A DNA stretch of 64,000 bases from the human T2T-CHM13v2.0 reference genome, Homo sapiens. The stretch lies in the NCBI RefSeq assembly GCF_009914755.1, contig NC_060948.1. The stretch is one strand, 5' to 3'. The notes under the pieces are model-generated. The model ran no database searches. It saw nothing but the letters and a program-made list of their open reading frames with translations, and was not told the DNA's origin. Below, in pieces: positions 28,465-42,747 of the stretch (the first letter of the stretch is position 1; each line of letters opens with the position of its first letter). The position numbers and the translations under genes are program-made.

Positions 28465-31400
28465 TGGAGTGTTATGGAACGGACTCAAAAGGAATTGAAT
28501 GTAATAGAATGGAGTGGAGTGGACTCGAATATAATGGACTGGAATGGAATGAAATCACATGGAATGGGAACGAATGGAATGGAATGGAAAGGAATCGAAT
28601 GGAAGGGAATGAAATTGAATCAACAGGAATGGAAGGGAATAGAATAGACGGTAATGGAATGGACTCGAATAGAATGGACACGAATGCTGAAATTGAATGG
28701 ACTCGAATGGAATGGAAACGAAAGGAATGTCATCGAATGGAATTGAATGGATTGGAATGAAATCGCATAGAATGGAGTGGAATCAAATGGAATTGAATCG
28801 AAAGGAAAGGAAGCGAATGGACTGAAATGAAATGGAATGGAATTGAATGGAAAGTAATGCAATGGAATAGAATGGAACGAAATTTCACGGAATGGAATCA
28901 AACTGAATGGAATCAAATCAATGGAATCAAATCAAATGGAATGGAAAGGAATTGAATGGAGTAGATTGGATTCGAAGGGATTGGAATGAAATGTACTGGA
29001 AACGACTCGAATTTCATGAAACGGAATGGAATGAATTGGAACGGAATGGACTCGAATGGAATGGAATGTCATGGAATGGCATCAAATGCTATGGCATCAA
29101 ATGGAATGGAATCGAATGCAATGGAATGCTATGGAATGGAATGGAATGCATTGGAATGGAATGTCCTCTAATGGAATGGATTCGAGTGGAATGGAATCGA
29201 ATATAATGGAGTCGAATGAAATGGAATTGAAAGGAGTGGGATCGAATACAATGGAATATACTGGAATGTAATGCAATGAACTCGAATGTAATTGACTGGA
29301 ATGGAATGTACATGAATGGAATGTAATCGAATGGAAAGTAATCCAATGGAATAGAATCTAATGCAATAAAACCGACTCAGATAGAGTAGAATGTAATGGA
29401 ATGGAGTGCAGTGCAATGGAATGGAATGGAATGGAATGCAATGGAATGGAATGGAATGGAATGGAATGGAATGGAATGGAATGGAATGGAATGGGATGGA
29501 ATGGGATGGAATGGATAGTAATGGACTGGAGTGAAATGGACTGGAAAGGAATGGACTCAAATTGAAAGGGCTCGAAAGGAATGGAGTCAAATGGAATGGT
29601 CTGGAATGGAATGAACACGAATGTAATGCAATCCAATAGAATGGAATCGAATGGCATGGAATATAAAGAAATGGAATCGAAGAGAATGGAAACAAATGGA
29701 ATGGAATTGAATGGAATGGAATTGAATGGAATGGGAACGAATGGAGTGAAATTGTATGCAGTAGAAGGGAATAGAATGGAATGCAAGCGAAAGGAAAGGA
29801 ATGGATTGGAATGGAATGGAATTCATTGGAATGGAAGGGAATGTAGTGTAATGGACAGGCCTGGAATAAAGTGGAATGCTACGGTCTCGAATGGAATAAA
29901 AATGTATGGAATGGAATGCAATGAAACGGAATCGAATGTCATAGAATGTAATGGAATGCAAAAAAATGGAATCCAAAATCATTGACTGGAAAGGCTGGGT
30001 GTCGAAAGGAATTGACTCCAATGGAATGGAATCGAATGGAATGGAAGTGAATAGAATCGAACTAAATCGAATGGAATGGAATTGATAGGAACGGAATGGA
30101 AAGGAATGCAATGATTTGGCATGGAATGGAATCGAATGGCATCGAATGGAATGGAATGGAATGCAATGGAATGGAATGTATTAGAATGTAATGAACTTTA
30201 ATGGAATGTACTCGAATGGATTCGACTGGAATGGAATGTTCTGGAAGTGAATGGACTCCAATGGAATGGATTCAAAAGGAATGGAATCGTACGGAATGGA
30301 ATCTAATGGAATGGAATTAAATGGAAATGAATCAAATTGAATAGCACGGAATTGAATTGAATGGAATGGAATGCAATGGAATCTAATGAAACGGAAAGGA
30401 AAGGAATGCAATGGAATGGAATGGGCTGGAATGGAAAGGAATCGAAACGAATGGAATGGAATCGAACTGAAGAGACTGGAATGGAATGCACTGGAATGGA
30501 AGGGAGTGTAATGGAAGGTTCTCGAAAAAAATGGAATGGAATGGAATGGAATTGAATGGAACGGAATAGAGTCGAATGGAATTGAATGGAATGGAATGGA
30601 CTAGAGTGAAATGGAATCGAACCACAAGGAATGGACAGGAATAGAATGGTCTCGAATTGAATGGAATCGTATGGAATGGCATCAAACGGAATGGAATGGA
30701 CAGCCACGGAATGGAATGCACTCGAATGCAATGGAGTCGAAACTAATGGACTGGAATAGAATGGACTCGACTGGTACGGACTCCAATGGAATGGAATCGA
30801 ATGGAAGGGAACCGAACGGAATGGACTCGAAGGGAAAAGACTGCAATGGAAAGGTCTCGAATGGAATGGAAATTAATGGAATGGAATGGAATCGAATGAA
30901 ATGGAGTCAAAAGGAATGGAATCGAATGGCAAGAAATCGAATGTAATGGAATCGCAAGGAATTGATGTGAACGGAACGGAATGGAATGGAATCCAAAAGA
31001 ATGGAATAGAATGGAATGGAATCGAATGGAAAGGACTCGAATGGAAATCACTCGAATAGAATGCAATTTAATAAAATAGGATCAAATGTAAGGGAATGGA
31101 ATGGAAAGGAATCGAAACGAAAGGAATGGAGACAGATGGAATGGAATGGAACAGAGAGCAATGGTATAGAATGGAATGGAATCATGTGGAATGGAATTGA
31201 ATGGAATGGAATAATATGAAATGGAATGGAATGGAATGGAATGGAATGGAATGGAATGGAATGCCCTTGAATTAAATGGACTGGAATAGAATGGACTCGA
31301 ACAGAGTGGAATGGAAAGTGTTGAGATAGAATGCAATGGACTCCTTCGGAATGGTCTAGTATGCAATGCAATCGACTGGCAGGGAATCAAAAGGAATGTA

Positions 31401-32033
31401 ATCGAATGGATTGGACTGGAATGCAATGGACTCGAATAGATTGGAAACGGAATGCAAAGGAATGGAATGGAATAGTATGGAATGGAATGGAAAGGAATGG
31501 AGTGGAATAGACTAGAGTGGAATGGAATGGACTGGAAAGCAATGGACTGGAATGGAACTTTCTTGAATGGACTGGAATCAAACGGAATGGAATGCAATGC
31601 AATCAAATGGCATGGAATAAAATAGAATGAAAGAGAATCAAATGGAATTGAATCGAATGGAATCGAATGGATTGGAAAGGAATAGAATGGAATGGAATGG
31701 AATTGACTCAAATGGAATGGACTAGAATGGAATGGATTCGAATGGAAGGCAAAGGAATGGAATCTATTGGAATGGACTGTAATGGAATGGAATGGAAGGG
31801 ATTGGAATGGACTCGAATGGAATGGACTGCAATAGAAAGGATTCGAATGGAATGAAAAAGAATTGAACGGAATAGAACAGAATGGAATCAAATCGAATGA
31901 AATGGAATGGAATAGAAAGGAATGGAATGAAATGGAATGGAAAGGATTCGAATGGAATGCAATCGAATGGAATGGAATCGAACGGAATGGAATAAAATGG
32001 AAGAAAACTGGCAAGAAATGGAATCGAAATGAA
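28465..32033 (+). repeat. DYZ1 unit 9 (3569 bp)
   Basis: Landmark spacing 28464->32033. 15-bp deletion near 28590. Confidence 0.9.
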
Positions 32034-35000
32034 TGGAGTGTTATGGAACGGACTCAAAAGGAATTGAATGTAATAGAATGGAGTGGAGTGGACTCGAATA
32101 TAATGGACTGGAATGGAATGAAATCACATGGAATGGGAACGAATGGAATGGAATGGAAAGGAATGGAATCGAATGGAAAGGAATCGAATGGAAGGGAATG
32201 AAATTGAATCAACAGGAATGGAAGGGAATAGAATAGACGGTAATGGAATGGACTCGAATAGAATGGACACGAATGCTCAAATTGAATGGACTCCAATGGA
32301 ATGGAAACGAAAGGAATGTCATCGAATAGAATTGAATCGATTGGAATGAAATCGCAAGAATGGAGTGGAATCAAATGGAATTGAATCGAAAGGAAAGGAA
32401 GCGAACGGACTGAAATGAAATGGAATGGAATTGAATGGAAAGTAATGCAATGGAATAGAATGGAACGAAATTTCACGGAATGGAATCAAACTGAATGGAA
32501 TCAAATCAATGGAATCTAATCAAATGGAATGGAAAGGAATTGAATGGAGTAGATTGGATTGGATGGGATTGGAGTGAAATGTACTGGAAAGGACTCGAAT
32601 TTCATGAAACGGAATGGAATGAATTGGAACGGAATGGACTCGAATGGAATGGAATGTCATGGAATGGCATCAAATGGAATGGCATCAAATGGAATGGAAT
32701 CGAATGCAATGGAATGCTATGGAATGGAATGGAATGCATTGGAATGGAATGTCCTCTAATGGAATGGATTCGAGTGGAATGGAATCGAATATAATGGAGT
32801 CGAATGAAATGGAATTGAAAGGAATGGGATCGAATACAATGGAATATACTGGAATGTAATGTAATGAACTCGAATGTAATTGACTGGAATGGAATGTACA
32901 TGAATGGAATGTAATCGAATGGAAAGTAATCCAATGGAATAGAATCTAATGCAATAAAATCGACTCAGATAGAGTAGAATGTAATGGAATGGAGTGCAGT
33001 GCAATGGAATGGAATGGAATGCAATGGAATGGAATGGAATGGAATGGAATGGAATGGAATGGAATGGAATGGGATGGAATGGGATGGAATGGTATGGAAT
33101 GGATAGTAATGGACTGGAGTGAAATGGACTGGAAAGGAATGGACTCAAATTGAAAGGGCTCGAAAGGAATGGAGTCAAATGGAATGGTCTGGAATGGAAT
33201 GAACACGAATGTAATGCAATCCAATAGAATGGAATCGAATGGCATGGAATATAAAGAAATGGAATCGAAGAGAATGGAAACAAATGGAATGGAATTGAAT
33301 GGAATGGAATTGAATGGAATGGGAACGAATGGAGTGAAATTGTATGCAGTAGAAGGGAATAGAATGGAATGCAAGCGAAAGGAAAGGAATGGATTGGAAT
33401 GGAATGGAATTCATTGGAATGGAAGGGAATGTAGTGTAATGGACAGGCCTGGAATAAAGTGGAATGCTACGGTCTCGAATGGAATAAAAATGTATGGAAT
33501 GGAATGCAATGAAACGGAATCGAATGTCATAGAATGTAATGGAATGCAAAAAAATGGAATCCAAAATCATTGACTGGAAAGGCTTGGTGTCGAAAGGAAT
33601 TGACTCCAATGGAATGGAATCGAATGGAATGGAAGTGAATAGAATCGAACTAAATCGAATGGAATGGAATTGATAGGAACGGAATGGAAAGGAATGCAAT
33701 GATTTGGCATGGAATGGAATCGAATGGCATCGAATGGAATGGAATGGAATGCAATGGAATGGAATGTATTAGAATGTAATGAACTTTAATGGAATGTACT
33801 CGAATGGATTCGACTGGAATGGAATGTTCTGGAAGTGAATGGACTCCAATGGAATGGATTCCAAAGGAATGGAATCGTACGGAATGGAATCTAATGGAAT
33901 GGAATTAAATGGAAATGAATCAAATTGAATAGCACGGAATTGAATTGAATGGAATGGAATGCAATGGAATCTAATGAAACGGAAAGGAAAGGAATGGAAT
34001 GGAATGGAATGGGCTGGAATGGAAAGGAATCGAAACGAATGGAATGGAATCGAACTGAAGAGACTGGAATGGAATGCACTGGAATGGAAGGGAGTGTAAT
34101 GGAAGGTTCTCGAAAAAAATGGAATCGAATGGAATGGAATTGAATGGAACGGAATAGAGTCGAATGGAATTGAATGGAATGGAATGGACTAGAGTGAAAT
34201 GGAATCGAACCACAAGGAATGGACAGGAATAGAATGGTCTCGAATTGAATGGAATCGTATGGAATGGCATCAAACGGAATGGAATGGACAGCCACGGAAT
34301 GGAATGCACTCGAATGCAATGGAGTCGAAACTAATGGACTGGAATAGAATGGACTCGACTGGTACGGACTCCAATGGAATGGAATCGAATGGAAGGGAAT
34401 CGAACGGAATGGACTCGAAGGGAAAAGACTGCAATGGAAAGGTCTCGAATGGAATGGAAATTAATGGAATGGAATGGAATCGAATGAAATGGAGTCAAAA
34501 GGAATGGAATCGAATGGCAAGAAATCGAATGTAATGGAATCGCAAGGAATTGATGTGAACGGAACGGAATGGAATGGAATCCAAAGGAATGGAATAGAAT
34601 GGAATGGAATCGAATGGAAAGGACTCGAATGGAAATCACTCGAATAGAATGCAATTTAATAAAATAGGATCAAATGTAATGGAATGGAATGGAAAGGAAT
34701 CGAAACGAAAGGAATGGAGACAGATGGAATGGAATGGAACAGAGAGCAATGGTATAGAATGGAATGGAATCATCTGGAATGGAATTGAATGGAATGGAAT
34801 AATATGAAATGGAATGGAATGGAATGGAATGGAATGCCCTTGAATTAAATGGACTGGAATGGAATGGACTCGAACAGAGTGGAATGGAAAGTGTTGAGAT
34901 AGAATGGAATGGACTCCTTTGGAATGGTGTAGTATGCAATGCAATCGACTGGCAGGGAATCAAAAGGAATGTAATGGAATGGATTGGACTGGAATGCAAT

Positions 35001-35606
35001 GGACTCGAATAGATTGGAAACGGAATGCAAAGGAATGGAATGGAATAGTATGGAATGGAATGGAAAGGAATGGAGTGGAATAGACTAGAGTGGAATGGAA
35101 TGGACTGGAAAGCAATGGACTGGAATGGAACTTTCTTGAATGGACTGGAATCAAACGGAATGGAATGCAATGCAATCAAATGGCATGGAATAAAATAGAA
35201 TGAAAGAGAATCAAATGGAATTGAATCGAATGGAATCGAATGGATTGGAAAGGAATAGAATGGAATGGAATGGAATTGACTCAAATGGAATGGACTAGAA
35301 TGGAATGGATTCGAATGGAAGGCAAAGGAATGGAATCTATTGGAATGGACTGTAATGGAATGGAATGGAAGGGATTGGAATGGACTCGAATGGAATGGAC
35401 TGCAATAGAAAGGATTCGAATGGAATGAAAAAGAATTGAACGGAATAGAACAGAATGGAATCAAATCGAATGAAATGGAATGGAATAGAAAGGAATGGAA
35501 TGAAATGGAATGGAAAGGATTCGAATGGAATGCAATCGAATGGAATGGAATCGAACGGAATGGAATAAAATGGAAGAAAACTGGCAAGAAATGGAATCGA
35601 AATGAA
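32034..35606 (+). repeat. DYZ1 unit 10 (3573 bp)
   Basis: Landmark spacing 32033->35606. GCAAGAAT variant. Confidence 0.9.
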
Positions 35607-38600
35607 TGGAGTGTTATGGAACGGACTCAAAAGGAATTGAATGTAATAGAATGGAGTGGAGTGGACTCGAATATAATGGACTGGAATGGAATGAAATCAC
35701 ATGGAATGGGAACGAATGGAATGGAATGGAAAGGAATGGAATCGAATGGAAAGGAATCGAATGGAAGGGAATGAAATTGAATCAACAGGAATGGAAGGGA
35801 ATAGAATAGACGGTAATGGAATGGACTCGAATAGAATGGACACGAATGCTCAAATTGAATGGACTCCAATGGAATGGAAACGAAAGGAATGTCATCGAAT
35901 AGAATTGAATCGATTGGAATGAAATCGCAAGAATGGAGTGGAATAAAATGGAATTGAATCGAAAGGAAAGGAAGCGAATGGACTGAAATGAAATGGAATG
36001 GAATTGAATGGAAAGTAATGCAATGGAATAGAATGGAACGAAATTTCACGGAATGGAATCAAACTGAAAGGAATCAAATCAATGGAATCTAATCAAATGG
36101 AATGGAAAGGAATTGAATGGAGTAGATTGGATTGGATGGGATTGGAGTGAAATGTACTGGAAAGGACTCGAATTTCATGAAACGGAATGGAATGAATTGG
36201 AACGGAATGGACTCGAATGGAATGGAATGTCATGGAATGGCATCAAATGGAATGGCATCAAATGGAATGGAATCGAATGCAATGGAATGCTATGGAATGG
36301 AATGGAATGCATTGGAATGGAATGTCCTGTAATGGAATGGATTCGACTGGAATGGAATCGAATATAATGGAGTCGAATGAAATGGAATTGAAAGGAATGG
36401 GATCGAATACGATGGAATATACTGGAATGTAATGTAATGAACTCGAATGTAATTGACTGGAATGGAATGTACATGAATGGAATGTAATCGAATGGAAAGT
36501 AATCCAATGGAATAGAATCTAATGCAAAAAAATCGACTCAGATAGAGTAGAATGTAATGGAATGGAGTGCAGTGCAATGGAATGGAATGGAATGCAATGG
36601 AATGGAATGGAATGGAATGGAATGGAATGGAATGGAATGGAATGGAATGGGATGGAATGGGATGGAATGGTATGGAATGGATAGTAATGGACTGGAGTGA
36701 AATGGACTGGAAAGGAATGGACTCAAATTGAAAGGGCTCGAAAGGAATGGAGTCAAATGGAATAGTCTGGAATGGAATGAACACGAATGTAATGCAATCC
36801 AATAGAATGGAATCGAATGGCATGGAATATAAAGAAATGGAATCGAAGAGAATGGAAACAAATGGAATGGAATTGAATGGAATGGAATTGAATGGAATGG
36901 GAACGAATGGAGTGAAATTGTATGCAGTAGAAGGGAATAGAATGGAATGCAAGCGAAAGGAAAGGAATGGATTGGAATGGAATGGAATTCATTGGAATGG
37001 AAGGGAATGTAGTGTAATGGACAGGCCTGGAATAAAGTGGAATGCTACGGTCTCGAATGGAATAAAAATGTATGGAATGGAATGCAATGAAACGGAATCG
37101 AATGTCATAGAATGTAATGGAATGCAAAAAAATGGAATCCAAAATCATTGACTGGAAAGGCTGGGTGTCGAAAGGAATTGACTCCAATGGAATGGAATCG
37201 AATGGAATGGAAGTGAATAGAATCGAACTAAATCGAATGGAATGGAATTGATAGGAACGGAATGGAAAGGAATGCAATGATTTGGCATGGAATGGAATCG
37301 AATGGCATCGAATGGAATGGAATGGAATGCAATGGAATGGAATGTATTAGAATGTAATGAACTTTAATGGAATGTACTCGAATGGATTCGACTGGAATGG
37401 AATGTTCTGGAAGTGAATGGACTCCAATGGAATGGATTCAAAAGGAATGGAATCGTACGGAATGGAATCTAATGGAATGGAATTAAATGGAAATGAATCA
37501 AATTGAATAGCACGGAATTGAATTGAATGGAATGGAATGCAATGGAATCTAATGAAACGGAAAGGAAAGGAATGGAATGGAATGGAATGGGCTGGAATGG
37601 AAAGGAATCGAAACGAATGGAATGGAATCGAAGTGAAGAGACTGGAATGGAATGCACTGGAATGGAAGGGAGTGTAATGGAAGGTTCTCGAAAAAAATGG
37701 AATCGAATGGAATGGAATTGAATGGAACGGAATAGAGTCGAATGGAATTGAATGGAATGGAATGGACTAGAGTGAAATGGAATCGAACCACAAGGAATGG
37801 ACAGGAATAGAATGGTCTCGAATTGAATGGAATCGTATGGAATGGCATCAAACGGAATGGAATGGACAGCCACGGAATGGAATTCACTCGAATGCAATGG
37901 AGTCGAAACTAATGGACTGGAATAGAATGGAATCGACTGGTACGGACTCCAATGGAATGGAATCGAATGGAAGGGAATCGAACGGAATGGACTCGAAGGG
38001 AAAAGACTGCAATGGAAAGGTCTCGAATGGAATGGAAATTAATGGAATGGAATGGAATCGAATGAAATGGAGTCAAAAGGAATGGAATCGAATGGCAAGA
38101 AATCGAATGTAATGGAATGGCAAGGAATTGATGTGAACGGAACGGAATGGAATGGAATCCAAAGGAATGGAATAGAATGGAATGGAATCGAATGGAAAGG
38201 ACTCGAATGGAAATCACTCGAATAGAATGCAATTTAATAAAATAGGATCAAATGTAATGGAATGGAATGGAAAGGAATCGAAACGAAAGGAATGGAGACA
38301 GATGGAATGGAATGGAACAGAGAGCAATGGTATAGAATGGAATGGAATCATCTGGAATGGAATTGAATGGAATGGAATAATATGAAATGGAATGGAATGG
38401 AATGGAATGGAATGCCCTTGAATTAAATGGACTGGAATGGAATGGACTCGAACAGAGTGGAATGGAAAGTGTTGAGATAGAATGGAATGGACTCCTTTGG
38501 AATGGTGTAGTATGCAATGCAATCGACTGGCAGGGAATCAAAAGGAATGTAATGGAATGGATTGGACTGGAATGCAATGGACTCGAATAGATTGGAAACG

Positions 38601-39184
38601 GAATGCAAAGGAATGGAATGGAATAGTATGGAATGGAATGGAAAGGAATGGAGTGGAATAGACTAGAGTGGAATGGAATGGACTGGAAAGCAATGGACTG
38701 GAATGGAACTTTCTTGAATGGACTGGAATCAAACGGAATGGAATGCAATGCAATCAAATGGCATGGAATAAAATAGAATGAAAGAGAATCAAATGGAATT
38801 GAATCGAATGGAATCGAATGGATTGGAAAGGAATAGAATGGAATGGAATGGAATTGACTCAAATGGAATGGACTAGAATGGAATGGATTCGAATGGAAGG
38901 CAAAGGAATGGAATCTATTGGAATGGACTGTAATGGAATGGAATGGAAGGGATTGGAATGGACTCGAATGGAATGGACTGCAATAGAAAGGATTCGAATG
39001 GAATGAAAAAGAATTGAATGGAATAGAACAGAATGGAATCAAATCGAATGAAATGGAATGGAATAGAAAGGAATGGAATGAAATGGAATGGAAAGGATTC
39101 GAATGGAATGCAATCGAATGGAATGGAATCGAACGGAATGGAATAAAATGGAAGAAAACTGGCAAGAAATGGAATCGAAATGAA
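35607..39184 (+). repeat. DYZ1 unit 11 (3578 bp)
   Basis: Landmark spacing 35606->39184. GCAAGAAT variant and extra EcoRI site at 37880-37885. Confidence 0.9.
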
Positions 39185-42100
39185 TGGAGTGTTATGGAAC
39201 GGACTCAAAAGGAATTGAATGTAATAGAATGGAGTGGAGTGGACTCGAATATAATGGACTGGAATGGAATGAAATCACATGGAATGGGAACGAATGGAAT
39301 GGAATGGAAAGGAATGGAATCGAATGGAAAGGAATCGAATGGAAGGGAATGAAATTGAATCAACAGGAATGGAAGGGAATAGAATAGACGGTAATGGAAT
39401 GGACTCGAATAGAATGGACACGAATGCTCAAATTGAATGGACTCGAATGGAATGGAAACGAAAGGAATGTCATCGAATGGAATTGAATCGATTGGAATGA
39501 AATCGCATAGAATGGAGTGGAATCAAATGGAATTGAATCGAAAGGAAAGGAAGCGAATGGACTGAAATGAAATGGAATGGAATTGAATGGAAAGTAATGC
39601 AATGGAATAGAATGGAACGAAATTTCACGGAATGGAATCAAACTGAATGGAATCAAATCAATGGAATCTAATCAAAGGAATGGAAAGGAATTGAATGGAG
39701 TAGATTGGATTGGATGGGATTGGAATGAAATGTACTGGAAAGGACTCGAATTTCATGAAACGGAATGGAATGAATTGGAACGGAATGGACTCGAATGGAA
39801 TGGAATGTCATGGAATGGCATCAAATGGAATGGCATCAAATGGAATGGAATCGAATGCAATGGAATGCTATGGAAAGGAATGGAATGCATTGGAATGGAA
39901 TGTCCTCTAATGGAATGGATTCGAGTGGAATGGAATCGAATATAATGGAGTCGAATGAAATGGAATTGAAAGGAATGGGATCGAATTCAATGGAATATAC
40001 TGCAATGTAATGTAATGAACTCGAATGTAATTGACTGGAATGCAATGTACATGAATGGAATGTAATCGAATGGAAAGTAATCCAATGGAATAGAATCTAA
40101 TACAATAAAATCGACTCAGATAGAGTAGAATGTAATGGAATGGAGTGCAGTGCAATGGAATGGAATGGAATGGAATGCAATGGAATGGAATGGAATGGAA
40201 TGGAATGGAATGGATTGGAATGGAATGGAATGGAATGGGATGGAATGGTATGGAATGGATAGTAATGGACTGGAGTGAAATGGACTGGAAAGGAATGGAC
40301 TCAAATTGAAAGGGCTCGAAAGGAATGCAGTCAAATGCAATGGTCTGGAATGGAATGAACACGAATGTATTGCAATCCAATAGAATGGAATCGAATGGCA
40401 TGGAATATAAAGAAATGGAATCGAAGAGAATGGAAACAAATGGAATGGAATTGAATGGAATGGGAACGAATGGAATGAAATTGTATGCAGTAGAAGAGAA
40501 TAGAATGGAATGCAAGCGAAAAGAAAGGAATGGATTGGAATGGAATGGAATTCATTGGAATGCAAGGGAATGTAGTGTAATGGACAGGCCTGGAATAAAG
40601 TGGAATGCTACGGTCTCGAATGGAATAAAAATGTATGGAATGGAATGCAATGAAACGGAATCGAATGTCATAGAATGTAATGGAATGCAAAAAAATGGAA
40701 TCCAAAATCATTGACTGGAAAGGCTGGGTGTCGAAAGGAATTGACTCCAATGGAATGGAATCAAATGGAATGGAAGTGAATAGAATCGAACTAAATCGAA
40801 TGGAATGGAATTGATAGGAACGGAATGGAAAGGAATGCAATGATTTGGCATGGAATGGAATCGAATGGCATCGAATGGAATGGAATGGAATGCAATGGAA
40901 TGGAATGTATTAGAATGTAATGAACTTTAATGGAATGTACTCGAATGGATTCGACTGGAATGGAATGTTCTGGAAGTGAATGGACTCCAATGGAATGGAT
41001 TCAAAAGGAATGGAATCGTACGGAATGGAATCTAATGGAATGGAATTAAATGGAAATGAATCAAATTGAATAGCACGGAATTGAATTGAATGGAATGGAA
41101 TGCAATGGAATCTAATGAAACGGAAAGGAAAGGAATGGAATGGAATGGAATGGGCTGGAATGGAAAGGAATCGAAACGAATGGAATGGAATCGAACTGAA
41201 GAGACTGGAATGGAATGCACTGGAATGGAAGGGAGTGTAATGGAAGGTTCTCGAAAATAATGGAATCGAATGGAATGGAATTGAATGGAACGGAATAGAG
41301 TCGAATGGAATTGAATGGAATGGAATGGACTAGAGTGAAATGGAATCGAACCACAAGGAATGGACAGGAATAGAATGGTCTCGAATTGAATGGAATCGTA
41401 TGGAATGGCATCAAACGGAATGGAATGGACAGCCACGGAATGGAATGCACTCGAATGCAATGGAGTCGAAACTAATGGACTGGAATAGAATGGACTCGAC
41501 TGGTACGGACTCCAATGGAATGGAATCGAATGGAAGGGAATCGAACGGAATGGACTCGAAGGGAAAAGACTGCAATGGAAAGGTCTCGAATGGAATGGAA
41601 ATTAATGGAATGGAATGGAATCGAATGAAAAGGAGTCAAAAGGAATGGAATCGAATGGCAAGAAATCGAATGTAATGGAATCGCAAGGAATTGATGTGAA
41701 CGGAACGGAATGGAATGGAATCCAAAGGAATGGAATAGAATGGAATGGAATCGAATGGAAAGGACTCGAATGGAAATCACTCGAATAGAATGCAATTTAA
41801 TAAAATAGGATCAAATGTAATGGAATGGAATGGAAAGGAATCGAAACGAAAGGAATGGAGACAGATGGAATGGAATGGAACAGAGAGCAATGGTATAGAA
41901 TGGAATAGAATCATCTGGAATGGAATTGAATGGAATGGAATAATATGAAATGGAATGGAATGGAATGGAATGGAATGCCCTTGAATTAAATGGACTGGAA
42001 TGGAATGGACTCCAACAGAGTGGAATGGAAAGTGTTGAGATAGAATGGAATGGACTCCTTTGGAATGGTGTAGTATGCAATGCAATCGACTGGCAGGGAA

Positions 42101-42747
42101 TCAAAAGGAATGTAATGGAATGGATTGGACTGGAATGCAATGGACTCGAATAGATTGGAAACGGAATGCAAAGGAATGGAATGGAATAGTATGGAATGGA
42201 ATGGAAAGGAATGGAGTGGAATAGACTAGAGTGGAATGGAATGGACTGGAAAGCAATGGACTGGAATGGAACTTTCTTGAATGGACTGGAATCAAACGGA
42301 ATGGAATGCAATGCAATCAAATGGCATGGAATAAAATAGAATGAAAGAGAATCAAATGGAATTGAATCGAATGGAATCGAATGGATTGGAAAGGAATAGA
42401 ATGGAATGGAATGGAATTGACTCAAATGGAATGGACTAGAATGGAATGGATTCGAATGGAAGGCAAAGGAATGGAATCTATTGGAATGGACTGTAATGGA
42501 ATGGAATGGAAGGGATTGGAATGGACTCGAATGGAATGGACTGCAATAGACAGGATTCGAATGGAATGAAAAAGAATTGAATGGAATAGAACAGAATGGA
42601 ATCAAATCGAATGAAATGGAATGGAATAGAAAGGAATGGAATGAAATGGAATGGAAAGGATTCGAATGGAATGCAATCGAATGGAATGGAATCGAACGGA
42701 ATGGAATAAAATGGAAGAAAACTGGCAAGAAATGGAATCGAAATGAA
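39185..42747 (+). repeat. DYZ1 unit 12 (3563 bp; subtype A)
   Basis: Landmark spacing 39184->42747. A markers CTAATCAAAGG, CGAATTCAAT, GCAGTCAAATGC. Confidence 0.9.
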
